Origin: Bacillota bacterium | GTDB taxonomy: Bacteria > Bacillota > Clostridia > Oscillospirales > CAG-272 | Assembly: GCA_029219205.1 (NCBI GenBank) | Contig: JAQXSY010000078.1 | Coordinates: forward strand, 1 to 51,140 | Direction: 5' to 3' | DNA: 51,140 bases | Shown here: positions 42,345 through 51,140 of the stretch, piece after piece | How the letters are laid out: every line of letters begins with the position of its first letter | Position numbering within the stretch: the stretch's first letter is position 1 | Translations under genes and position numbers: made by a program | Notes under the pieces: generated by a model | Database searches by the model: none | The model's input: only the letters and a program-made list of their open reading frames with translations | What the model was told of the DNA's origin: nothing

Positions 42345-43193
42345 TTATTTTTCGAATACAATTTCTTTGAGCGCGGTTACGGCTGCTCCGAATGCTTCTT
42401 CGGACGAGCTGTACGCGGATCCGACCTTTGGATGTTCGCCGGTTTCAAGCTTTTCCAGTCCGGCGAAAACGCGGAGATGAGGCTCAACTGTGAGATAATA
42501 TGTCTGTTCACGGCTTCTGAGAGAGTCTATAATGTCCTTTATACGTGCAATTCCGTAGCCGGATGCGACAATCGTACCGTCTTCAACGGCGTCTTTAATG
42601 TGCATATAATATATCTTGTCTTTGAGCAGTTCAAAAGCGTACGGGAAGGTTTCGACCTTTTCCTGAATAAAATTGCCCGGGTCGAAGACGCACTTTATTC
42701 TGCCTGCAAATTCTTCCTGAATATCAAGGCAGCGATCCGCATTGGCGCCGTAAATTCCTTTTTCGTTTTCGTGGCAGAGATAAACTCCCGCCTTATCGGC
42801 TTCGTCCGCCATAGCGGAAAGCCTGCGCATAACCTCGCTGCGGTGTCCGTCTAAGTCGCCATCGCTGATGTAAAAGCTGAACATACGTATATTGCGCGTG
42901 CCGAGTTTTTTTGCAATTTCAATGGCGCGGCGCGTTTTTTCAAGGTGAGGCTCAAACGGATCCGTAATCTGGATTTTTCCGAGGGGAGATCCGATTGAGG
43001 ATACGGTTATTCCTTCAAGAGTGAGCTTTTCCTTTACTGTATCAAGCTCGCTGTCGCTAAGATCCAGAATGTTCTTACCGTTTACGCCGCGTATTTCCAT
43101 ATGAGTTATGCCGTTTTCTTTAAGACCTTCAATCTGGCGGTCAAAATCGGATGAATACTCATCGGAAAATGCGCTGAGAATAAATTTTGCCAT
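42345..43193 (-). CDS. Sugar phosphate isomerase/epimerase (TIM barrel)
   Basis: HENE, FDPGNF, HIKDA, EPHL metal-binding motifs. Confidence 0.85.
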   Translation of the reverse strand: MAKFILSAFSDEYSSDFDRQIEGLKENGITHMEIRGVNGKNILDLSDSELDTVKEKLTLEGITVSSIGSPLGKIQITDPFEPHLEKTRRAIEIAKKLGTRNIRMFSFYISDGDLDGHRSEVMRRLSAMADEADKAGVYLCHENEKGIYGANADRCLDIQEEFAGRIKCVFDPGNFIQEKVETFPYAFELLKDKIYYMHIKDAVEDGTIVASGYGIARIKDIIDSLRSREQTYYLTVEPHLRVFAGLEKLETGEHPKVGSAYSSSEEAFGAAVTALKEIVFEK

Positions 43194-43238
43194 GATTAAA
43201 ATACCGTTCCTTTCTTTGAATATATGGCAGAATTGGAA

Positions 43239-45653
43239 TTATTTAAGTTCAACAATCGTAACGCCGGTATCTCCTTCGCCGTAATTGCCGAGGCGGAAGG
43301 ATTTGACGCGGCTGTCGGCTTTCAGACACTTATGAAGCGCGTTTCGAAGCGCTCCGGTGCCCTTGCCGTGGATGATCGTGACTGTTTGCATACGGGCGAC
43401 TTTGGCTTCGTCGAGATATTTGTCAACCATAAACCACGCGTCGTCGGTCAGCTGACCGCGAAGGTCGAGCGACGGAGAAAAATTCTTATTTACGACTGCG
43501 CGGTAGGAGGCGGCCGCAGTCTTTTTCTTATCGGCTGAGGTAACAGTAACCGCCTCCTCGACAAGACGCAGATTTTTTACGGTTGTCTTTGTGTTAATAA
43601 GCCCCGAACGGACAACAACATTTCCGTCCTTGTCCGGGCCTTCGGTTATTGTTCCCTGCTTATTTATGTTTACGAGCAGTACCGTATCCCCGGTGCGATA
43701 GTCACGCGGAGGCTCGTAATTGTCGTTGGTGTTTTCGATTACGGGATTGATACTGTCGGACGCTCCGCGCAGACTCCTGCGTATCTCACGGCGCGCGCGG
43801 TCGAGAGAGCCGGCAAGCTCCTCCGATTCGCGGCGGCGTTTGACTTCGTCAAGCTCAGCAAGCACGTAATCCGACGTAACTCTCGCGCTTTCAATGATCT
43901 GAACCGCCTTTGCCCGGCTTTTTTCAAGCTCTTTTTCGGCGTTTTCAAATTCGGCACGGAGTTTTTTCTCATTTTCATTTTTAAATTGTTCGTATTCTTT
44001 GCGCATCCGTTCGGTTTCCGCAAGCTTGCGCTCCATTTCGATGCGGCTTTCCTCAAGCTTTTCGATGACAAATTCAAATCGCTTGTTATCGCTTGAAATG
44101 CGGTCCTTGGCGTTCTGAATTATATCATTGTCAAGTCCCAGACGCTGTGAAATGGCAAATGCGTTTGATTTTCCGGGAGTTCCGATTATAAGCCGGTAAG
44201 TCGGACGGAGCGTTGCGATATCAAATTCGCAGGAAGCGTTTGTAACTCCTTCTGTGTCCAGCGCCCAGACTTTTAGTTCCGCATAGTGCGTTGTTGCGGC
44301 GCACATCGCGCCGTCGGAGCGTAATTTTTCAAGAATCGAAATAGCAAGCGACGCGCCTTCGGTCGGGTCAGTTCCCGCGCCAAGCTCGTCAAGCAGTACA
44401 AGACTGCGGTTGTCGGCTTTTTTCAGAATATCCACGATATTAACCATATGCGCGGAAAAAGTTGAAAGCGACTGCTCGATTGACTGTTCGTCGCCGATAT
44501 CGGCGAGTACGGAATCAAATACGCATATGACAGAGTCGCTGTTTGTCGGAAGATGCAGTCCTGACTGAGCCATAAGCGCAAAAAGACCGACGGTTTTCAG
44601 CGTGACCGTCTTTCCGCCGGTGTTCGGACCGGTTATAACAAGCGTGTCATAATCGCCGCCGAGTGTAACCGTGATAGGAACGACTTTGTTTTGATCAATC
44701 AGCGGATGACGTGCGCTGCGCAGATTTATAATGCGTTTATCGGAAATTTCGGGTTCAAGAGCCTTCATCCTGAAGGAAAGCTCCGCCTTCGCAAAAACGA
44801 ATGAAAGCTCGGTTATTGTGTGATAATCCTGCATTAGAATGCCGGAAACCGACGCGCAAAGCGCCGAAAGCTCCGCCAAGATGCGGTCGATTTCATGCTG
44901 TTCCTTGCTTTGAAGCTCTCTCAGCTCGTTATTTGCTTCAACAACAGAGAGCGGTTCAATAAAGAGCGTCGCACCGGAGGCGGAGGTATCGTGAACCAGT
45001 CCTTTTATTTCGTTGCGGCATTCCGCTTTAACCGGGACGACATATCTGCCGTTTCGCATCGTGACTATGTTTTCCTGAAGCGCTTTGCTGAAAGCACCGC
45101 CGGAAACATATTTCTGAAGAGAATCCTTAATACGGTTGTTTGCGCCTTTGATTTTGCGCCTTATATCGGAAAGCTCAGGGCTTGCCTCGTCGGCGATCAT
45201 ATCTTCGGCGATGATCGTACGTGTTATGCGATCCTCAAGCTGGCGGTCGGTGATGAGACGCGAAAAATCCTCCGACAGGGAGCCGGTCAGATCATCTCCG
45301 TTTTTGCCGCTTCGGTAGTCAATAAGACGTCTTGCGGTATTGAGTACGGCGGCGACGTCGAGCAGCTCGCGTACGGACAGAGGCGCTCCCTTTTCCGCAC
45401 GTTCAAGCGCTCCTCCGATATCCCGTACGTTGCCGAAGGTCGGAGTTCCCTTGACTGATATCAGATTTTTTGCGTCGGATGTCCGTTTTTGCTGTTTGCG
45501 GATGCGTTCGGCGTCATGATCGGGAACGAGCGCTTTTGCTTTTGCCTTTGCGCCTTCGGTCAAAGCGCAGTCTGCAAGCATTTGAGCAATTTTATCGAAT
45601 TCAAGCGTTGTCAGCGCTTTTTCATAATTTGTCATAAGAAGAGTTTTGTACAC
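43239..45653 (-). CDS. mutS2: Endonuclease MutS2
   Basis: ITGPNTGGKT, QSLSTFSAHM, LLDELGAGTDP, C-terminal Smr domain IIHGKGTG; start may be 45635. Confidence 0.95.
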   Translation of the reverse strand: MYKTLLMTNYEKALTTLEFDKIAQMLADCALTEGAKAKAKALVPDHDAERIRKQQKRTSDAKNLISVKGTPTFGNVRDIGGALERAEKGAPLSVRELLDVAAVLNTARRLIDYRSGKNGDDLTGSLSEDFSRLITDRQLEDRITRTIIAEDMIADEASPELSDIRRKIKGANNRIKDSLQKYVSGGAFSKALQENIVTMRNGRYVVPVKAECRNEIKGLVHDTSASGATLFIEPLSVVEANNELRELQSKEQHEIDRILAELSALCASVSGILMQDYHTITELSFVFAKAELSFRMKALEPEISDKRIINLRSARHPLIDQNKVVPITVTLGGDYDTLVITGPNTGGKTVTLKTVGLFALMAQSGLHLPTNSDSVICVFDSVLADIGDEQSIEQSLSTFSAHMVNIVDILKKADNRSLVLLDELGAGTDPTEGASLAISILEKLRSDGAMCAATTHYAELKVWALDTEGVTNASCEFDIATLRPTYRLIIGTPGKSNAFAISQRLGLDNDIIQNAKDRISSDNKRFEFVIEKLEESRIEMERKLAETERMRKEYEQFKNENEKKLRAEFENAEKELEKSRAKAVQIIESARVTSDYVLAELDEVKRRRESEELAGSLDRARREIRRSLRGASDSINPVIENTNDNYEPPRDYRTGDTVLLVNINKQGTITEGPDKDGNVVVRSGLINTKTTVKNLRLVEEAVTVTSADKKKTAAASYRAVVNKNFSPSLDLRGQLTDDAWFMVDKYLDEAKVARMQTVTIIHGKGTGALRNALHKCLKADSRVKSFRLGNYGEGDTGVTIVELK

Positions 45654-45663
45654 GGATGCATTT

Positions 45664-46428
45664 TTATGTGCGGTCCGGATTTTCAGGGTTATTTTTTGAG
45701 TCGGAAATCATATTGTGGTAAAATGACAGAGCGCGGAGCTCCTTTTCGGCGCGCAAAACCGCAAACTTTTCACAAACTGCGGCAAGGCCGGAAAGCTCGT
45801 CCTCTTCAAGCGAAAATGCGTATAGTCTCTTCGGATTGCATTCGGTTATATAACGCATTGCCTGCACAACCGGGGCGCTCAGCAACATACCGCTGCCGCA
45901 GTCGCCGCAGAAAAGACAGCCGTTGACTGCGTCGAAAAACAGGCCGTCGTTTTTTTTGCAGACTGAGCAGCCGCTGAGGTCGGGGCGAAAGCCTGATTCG
46001 GACATAACGCGAAGTTCAAACGCCGCTTTGATAAGTGCAACCGGCTTTTCTCCTTTTCCGAGCGCATGCATAGCGTTCAGCGTGAGAGACAGCAGCCCCG
46101 GACATGGCTCGTTTTCGCAGGCGACCGCTCCGGCAAGCTCCGTTACGTACGCCGCGGCGGCGTAAGCTTCAATCGAGCCAAACGAGTCAAAAAAACTTCC
46201 CTTTGGCGCGGTCTCGCTTACAAAAAGCCGGTCGCCGCGCTTTTTCAGCATAAATTCGCCGTAAGTCATCGGACGGCAGGCGGCGTGGTTTTTGTTTTTC
46301 ATGCTTCTGACTCCGTAAGCGGATACGGTGAGCTTTCCTGACGAATCGGTCAGCAGCGTCAGAATTTTGTCGTTGTCACGGTAATCCGCAGCGTACAGAA
46401 CCAGCGCATTGCAGGTTTCTTCGCTCAT
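45664..46428 (-). CDS. recO: DNA repair protein RecO
   Basis: DKILTLLT..GK OB fold, G..P.L..C..C Zn finger; downstream of era. Confidence 0.92.
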   Translation of the reverse strand: MSEETCNALVLYAADYRDNDKILTLLTDSSGKLTVSAYGVRSMKNKNHAACRPMTYGEFMLKKRGDRLFVSETAPKGSFFDSFGSIEAYAAAAYVTELAGAVACENEPCPGLLSLTLNAMHALGKGEKPVALIKAAFELRVMSESGFRPDLSGCSVCKKNDGLFFDAVNGCLFCGDCGSGMLLSAPVVQAMRYITECNPKRLYAFSLEEDELSGLAAVCEKFAVLRAEKELRALSFYHNMISDSKNNPENPDRT

Positions 46429-46437
46429 TTCCGGGAT

Positions 46438-47325
46438 TTAAAGCTCCTTGCGGTTATATCCGAAATTGTTAAGATTTGCGACATTGTCGCGCCAGTTTTC
46501 CTTGACTTTTACCCAAAGATTAAGATAAACCTTCATGCCGAAGAACTTTTCGAGATCTTCCCTTGCGTAGGTTCCGATGGTTTTGAGCTGTTCGCCGTGC
46601 TTGCCGATAATAATGCCCTTGTGACTTTCGCGTTCGCAGAATATTTCCGCACGGATGCTTATCATTTTGGAGGTTTCGGAAAAATCCTCGATTACGACCG
46701 CGGTGCCGTGAGGGATTTCGTCGTCGAGCGTACGGAGCAGCTTTTCACGGATGATTTCGGCTGCAATCTGACGTTCCGGCTGGTCGGTAATTTCGTCCTC
46801 TTCGAAGAACCAGCTGCCTTCTTTCATAAACTGTTCCGCCTCGTCGAGAACCGTATCGACGCCTTTTCCTTTGAGTGCGGAAATCGGAATAACCGAGGCG
46901 AAATCGTAAAGGTCCTTATAGGCGTTTATGGTTTTTCCGACTGTTTCGCCGTTTGCGGTATCTGTTTTGTTTATTACAAGCAGGGCGGGCAGCTTATTTG
47001 ACTTTAGATGATCGATTATATTAAGCTCGATGTCTCCGGCGGCGCCGTGCGGCTCAACAACGAGTATTGCGGCGTCCGCTTCTCCGATTGTGCCGGTTAC
47101 GGTTTTTACCATATATTGACCGAGCTTTGTACGCGGCTTATGCATTCCGGGCGTGTCAAGGAAAACAAACTGATCCTCTCCGCGCGTCAGAATTCCGGTT
47201 ATACGGTTTCGTGTGGTCTGAGGCTTTTTTGAAACAATGGCGATTTTTTCGCCGGTAAGAGAATTGAGCAGCGTGGACTTGCCTACGTTTGGCCTGCCGA
47301 CAATTGCCATAAAGGCTGTTCTCAT
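46438..47325 (-). CDS. era: GTPase Era
   Basis: GRPNVGKS, QTTR, DTPG, NKTD, KH domain KGIIIGK. Confidence 0.97.
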   Translation of the reverse strand: MRTAFMAIVGRPNVGKSTLLNSLTGEKIAIVSKKPQTTRNRITGILTRGEDQFVFLDTPGMHKPRTKLGQYMVKTVTGTIGEADAAILVVEPHGAAGDIELNIIDHLKSNKLPALLVINKTDTANGETVGKTINAYKDLYDFASVIPISALKGKGVDTVLDEAEQFMKEGSWFFEEDEITDQPERQIAAEIIREKLLRTLDDEIPHGTAVVIEDFSETSKMISIRAEIFCERESHKGIIIGKHGEQLKTIGTYAREDLEKFFGMKVYLNLWVKVKENWRDNVANLNNFGYNRKEL

Positions 47326-47349
47326 GTAAATAAATCCTTTCAGCGTCGG

Positions 47350-47886
47350 TTATTTATTTTCCGCCTTTTCTTTTTCACGGAGTATATTTATGATTTCATC
47401 CTGCCTTGCAAACATATCGCGTTCGTCGTCCGGTCCGGTCTCGTGGTCGTAGCCGAGCAGGTGAAGCGTAGAATGTATGCACAGAAACGCTGTTTCATCA
47501 AAGAAAGCGTTTTGTCCGTCGGGAGTGCTTGAATGCGGGTATGTCTCGGACTGTTCCTTTGCTTTTTCAAGCGAGATTACGATATCTCCGAGAAGCACTC
47601 TTCCGCAGTCAATGTCCGGCTCTCCGCAATCGAGCATCGGAAACGACAGAACGTCTGTGGGCGCGTCCTTGCCGCGGTATTTGTTATTAAGCCTGCGTAT
47701 GCCCGCGTCGTCGGTGAATGTAACCGAGATCTCGGCCGGAGCTTCAAAGCCTTCGAACGCAAGCGTCTCGCGTACCGCTTCGCGAACTGTTTTGCAGAGA
47801 CCTGTGAGTATCGGTACTTTGTTCTGCTTGTTTGAGACTAAAACTTTATATAATTTTTTATAGTTGTGAGTTTTCAATCGGATCAA
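47350..47886 (-). CDS. ybeY: rRNA maturation RNase YbeY
   Basis: LN..YR..D.PTDVLSF, LGDIVIS, HSTLHLLGYDH. Confidence 0.95.
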   Translation of the reverse strand: MIRLKTHNYKKLYKVLVSNKQNKVPILTGLCKTVREAVRETLAFEGFEAPAEISVTFTDDAGIRRLNNKYRGKDAPTDVLSFPMLDCGEPDIDCGRVLLGDIVISLEKAKEQSETYPHSSTPDGQNAFFDETAFLCIHSTLHLLGYDHETGPDDERDMFARQDEIINILREKEKAENK

Positions 47887-47899
47887 ATCCTTTCAGCGG

Positions 47900-48925
47900 T
47901 CAAATTTTTCTGAAAAACGGCTTATCCGCTCTGCGCTCTTCCGCACGCGCTGATTTTTCCCGTTCATATTTGTCGTATGCTTGAATAATCTTCTGAACCA
48001 GACGGTGACGGACAACGTCCCGGTCTGTGAAATTGTGTATTGCGATGCCTTCGATGTCGCGCAGAATACGCGTCGCTTCAACAAGACCGCTTTTCTGACC
48101 GCGCGGAAGATCGGTCTGCGTGATGTCTCCGGTTACAACTGCCCTTGAGTTGAATCCGAGGCGCGTCAGAAACATTTTCATCTGCTCCGGGGTGGTGTTC
48201 TGCGCTTCGTCGAGAATAATAAACGAATCGTCAAGCGTTCTTCCGCGCATATAAGCAAGCGGAGCGATTTCAATCGTACCCTTTTCAACGTGGCGCGCGT
48301 ACGCCTCCGGTCCGAGCATATCATAAAGCGCGTCGTAGAGCGGCCTTAGATACGGATCGATTTTGCTTTGCAGATCGCCCGGAAGATAGCCGAGCCGCTC
48401 GCCCGCTTCAACGGCGGGACGCGTCAGAATAATTCGGTTTACCTCTTTGTCACGCAGCGCGGTGACCGCCATGGCGACCGCCAGATAAGTTTTTCCGGTC
48501 CCGGCAGGGCCGATGCCCATAATAACGGTGTTTTTCTTTATCGCTTCAACGTATTTTCGCTGGCCGACCGTCTTGGCTTTGATCGGCTTGCCTCTAGTTG
48601 TTATGCAAATACAGTCGGAATCAAGCTCGTGCAGTTCATCTTCGCGTCCGTCGTTGACCATACCTATGACGTATTCGACATTCTGTTCGGTCAGGTTTTC
48701 GTTAAGAGTAGACATGGTTTTGAGATAGCTCAGTACGCGGCACGCTTTAATGACCGATTCCTCGTCCGGAGAGCTGACGGTTATTGCGCTGCCCGCGGAG
48801 TTGTCGGAGTCGCGGTTTGTAATTGTTACTCCGTACGCTTTCTCAATTATATCTGTGTTCCTGTCAAAGCTTCCGAAAATTGCCGCCGTCTGACCGGCAT
48901 TGTCTGTGTGTATGCTTTTTTCCAT
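47900..48925 (-). CDS. phoH: PhoH-family ATPase
   Basis: GPAGTGKT, RPAVEAGE.LG.LPG, MRGRT, LDEAQN. Confidence 0.95.
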   Translation of the reverse strand: MEKSIHTDNAGQTAAIFGSFDRNTDIIEKAYGVTITNRDSDNSAGSAITVSSPDEESVIKACRVLSYLKTMSTLNENLTEQNVEYVIGMVNDGREDELHELDSDCICITTRGKPIKAKTVGQRKYVEAIKKNTVIMGIGPAGTGKTYLAVAMAVTALRDKEVNRIILTRPAVEAGERLGYLPGDLQSKIDPYLRPLYDALYDMLGPEAYARHVEKGTIEIAPLAYMRGRTLDDSFIILDEAQNTTPEQMKMFLTRLGFNSRAVVTGDITQTDLPRGQKSGLVEATRILRDIEGIAIHNFTDRDVVRHRLVQKIIQAYDKYEREKSARAEERRADKPFFRKI

Positions 48926-49004
48926 ATAATATTTTTTACCTCTGAAGGATAAAATGTCTGAATATTGTCCGCGCCCCTGCGGATTCCGTTTTTAAAACCT
49001 GCCG

Positions 49005-50306
49005 TTAACTGCCGCGGACGCCAAGCTCACGTGTAACCGCGATGTTTTCAACGCACCTGATTATTACGTTCATGAAAAGCGTTCCGTCTGTGATGTTCCA
49101 GTCGATTGACCGTTCAAGAATATCGGCGTTGCTGAGTTCGGCGCTTGCCGTGTCGTTTATGCGGCGCAGCGCGATGTCGTATGCCTCTTTTTCGGTAAGC
49201 GTAAACTCTTCGTCGAGAATCGGTTCGGCATAAACGCCGGATAAGAATATGGGCAGCGCAATCTCCGGGAGCAGTTTCGAGCCTTTAAATAAAGTGAGAC
49301 GGTCCACCCTTTCTATTTTACCATAACCCGAGGGCAAAATGCTACTGTTTTTATAAATTTTTATTGATTTTGAGAAAAATATTATATTAAGCTCGCGCGC
49401 GTCGAGCTCGCCCTTAATGCTGACTGTGCCGGAAAGCGGGACCTCGGTCTGAAATTCACGCACGGTTTCCGCAAAAACATTTCCCGACGCACGGATGAAT
49501 TTATAAACCTTCCGTTCGTCGGTTCTGCCGGTTTCCCATACTCCGCCGATGAGCAGCTGTCCTTTTTTGACGGTCTGTCCGACTTTTACCTCAGGCTGTC
49601 CCGCGCGGACTTCGGTCCGCACGACATATCCGTCACGGGCGGCAACCATATTTGCCGGCGAACCGTTGTTTTCGTTTGAGCGGTCCGGCACAATGCTTTC
49701 GATAACAACGACTTCGGCTGTCGTACCCGAAAGATTTACTGCGATCCAGGCGATGTCGTCTCGTCCGATCAGGCAGGCGTTGCAAAGCTCATGAAAATCT
49801 ACTCCGGGAATGTAGGATCCGATTCCGAATCCGTAGTCTTTAAGAAGAGCGGTTATTTCTGCGTCTCCTATCTTATCGTTTCCGCTGACGGAAACGTCCC
49901 AAACGAACAGAGTAGACAGACGGAGAAGCGTGAAAAAGATCAGCGCGCCGCACAAAAGACCGGGACGGCGTTTATACCGCCTCAGTATTGCGGGAATACC
50001 GCAGTGTTTTTCGGACACGCCGGCTGATAAATAATCCGGGAAAATTTTGCGGAATTTTTTGCATTCGCCGGGGCTGAGCGTCAGGGAAAGCGCGCCGTCA
50101 TCCGAAATCTGCATATCGGAGTAGTCTATCGCGTGTTTCAGCATAAGATCAAGCGTGTTTGTTGCAAGTGAGTAAGGGAATGTCAGCCGGTACGAGCCGA
50201 AAAAGAAACGTACCGCCGCGGACAGAGTAAACTTTGTGTTGTAACGCGGTTTTTGTCTCCGGCTTTTTTCGGTTTGGGCGTTCACGGATTTTTTATCTCG
50301 TTTCAT
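49005..50306 (-). CDS. yqfD: Sporulation protein YqfD-like
   Basis: TM then FVWDV.V.GN, PANMVA..DG.V, GQ.V.KGQLLI.G, ENIA; lies between yqfC and phoH. Confidence 0.85.
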   Translation of the reverse strand: MKRDKKSVNAQTEKSRRQKPRYNTKFTLSAAVRFFFGSYRLTFPYSLATNTLDLMLKHAIDYSDMQISDDGALSLTLSPGECKKFRKIFPDYLSAGVSEKHCGIPAILRRYKRRPGLLCGALIFFTLLRLSTLFVWDVSVSGNDKIGDAEITALLKDYGFGIGSYIPGVDFHELCNACLIGRDDIAWIAVNLSGTTAEVVVIESIVPDRSNENNGSPANMVAARDGYVVRTEVRAGQPEVKVGQTVKKGQLLIGGVWETGRTDERKVYKFIRASGNVFAETVREFQTEVPLSGTVSIKGELDARELNIIFFSKSIKIYKNSSILPSGYGKIERVDRLTLFKGSKLLPEIALPIFLSGVYAEPILDEEFTLTEKEAYDIALRRINDTASAELSNADILERSIDWNITDGTLFMNVIIRCVENIAVTRELGVRGS

Positions 50307-50593
50307 GCTTTTTTGAACCTCCCTCCGGAGAGCTCTATCGACTCGATACAGCCGCAGATACGCATGTCTTTTCCGAAAAACGACTTAAGCGTCAGCTCGC
50401 TTCCGTTTACCTGCATTGTGCAGTCGCAAAGCTTCAGTTTAACGCTGCTGCTTGAAAACGACAGAACCGCAACGCATTCGTTTACCATAAGACCGTCCGC
50501 CATGCTGAGCGAAAGCCCGGACGCACGGCAGAAGGAGTCTGAGGGCAGCTCCGTCCATTCGGACAGCCTGCGCAGAAATTTTCCGCCTGACAT
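50303..50593 (-). CDS. YabP/YqfC family sporulation protein
   Basis: ELP.D...V.G.EL.L....I.G.IESI pattern; upstream of yqfD with ATGA overlap. Confidence 0.7.
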   Translation of the reverse strand: MSGGKFLRRLSEWTELPSDSFCRASGLSLSMADGLMVNECVAVLSFSSSSVKLKLCDCTMQVNGSELTLKSFFGKDMRICGCIESIELSGGRFKKA

Positions 50594-50714
50594 AATTATA
50601 CCCCCGAAATCATAAAAATAAACTGTATCGGCTGTATGCATGAGTATAAAACCGTACGTAATAATTCTATGCGGAGAAAATGTTATTTATGGCTTTTTTG
50701 GGCGGAGTTTGGTT

Positions 50715-51140
50715 ATGGAATTACTTAATCTGATGCGCGAGGCGGCGGCAAACGCGCTCACAATGTGCGCCGGTACGCTTATACCGGCATTGTTTCCTTT
50801 TTTCGTTGCCGGAAATTTGCTGAACGCGTGCGGGGCGTTTGAATATGCCGGACGGCTGCTTGATAAACCGTCAAGAACCGTTTTCGGCATTGGCGGCAGC
50901 TTTGCGACCGCATTCCTTATGGGCGCGTGCTGCGGTTATCCGAACGGCGCCAAAACCGTACGCGAATGTTACGACCGGGGCGTCTGTACACGCGGCGAAG
51001 CTGAGACTATGCTTTGTTTTTGCAACAACTGCGGCGCTGCGTATTTGATTTCCGGAGTCGGAGCTTCGCTTACTGGGTCTGCTGCGTTTGGAATTAAGCT
51101 TTGGCTTTGTCAGCTTGCGTCCGCCGCCGCCGTAGGTCTT
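50715..51140 (+). CDS. ylbJ: Sporulation integral membrane protein YlbJ-like (partial)
   Basis: Manual translation from ATG 50715: ...LIPALFPFFV...GACCGYPNGAK...FCNNCG...; open to the window edge. Not in the ORF track. Confidence 0.8.
   Translation, partial: MELLNLMREAAANALTMCAGTLIPALFPFFVAGNLLNACGAFEYAGRLLDKPSRTVFGIGGSFATAFLMGACCGYPNGAKTVRECYDRGVCTRGEAETMLCFCNNCGAAYLISGVGASLTGSAAFGIKLWLCQLASAAAVGL

Noticed and set aside
50687-51048. ORFs 50687-50890 (-) and 50839-51048 (+)
   Set aside because: Overlap the ylbJ-like reading frame that starts at 50715

Overview
Chromosomal window from a spore-forming Clostridia-type Firmicute (yqfC/yqfD/ylbJ present). The left ~19 kb, downstream of a tRNA-Leu(CAA), is an accessory mosaic. 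It holds low-GC membrane genes, a transglutaminase-like lipoprotein, and a ~14 kb module bracketed by two related palindromes. That module encodes a pseudokinase + histidine kinase + NarL/LuxR regulator, a large repeat surface protein, lipoproteins, Zn-ribbon and TPM proteins, and a pseudo-receiver. A cupin and an XRE/TM2 pair follow. The right part is core genome: AGCS symporter, GH29 fucosidase, RHH protein + clpB, alaS, an orphan solute-binding protein, the replication-origin region, rhaA/rhaB, mutS2-recO-era-ybeY-phoH-yqfD-yqfC and partial ylbJ. The most striking feature is a reorganised origin. The order is dnaN-recF-remB-dnaA-gyrB-gyrA (no yaaA, no adjacent rpmH), and DnaA-box clusters (mostly TTTTCCACA/TTTTCAACA) flank gyrB rather than dnaA. 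All calls come from reading motifs by eye; no database searches were run.
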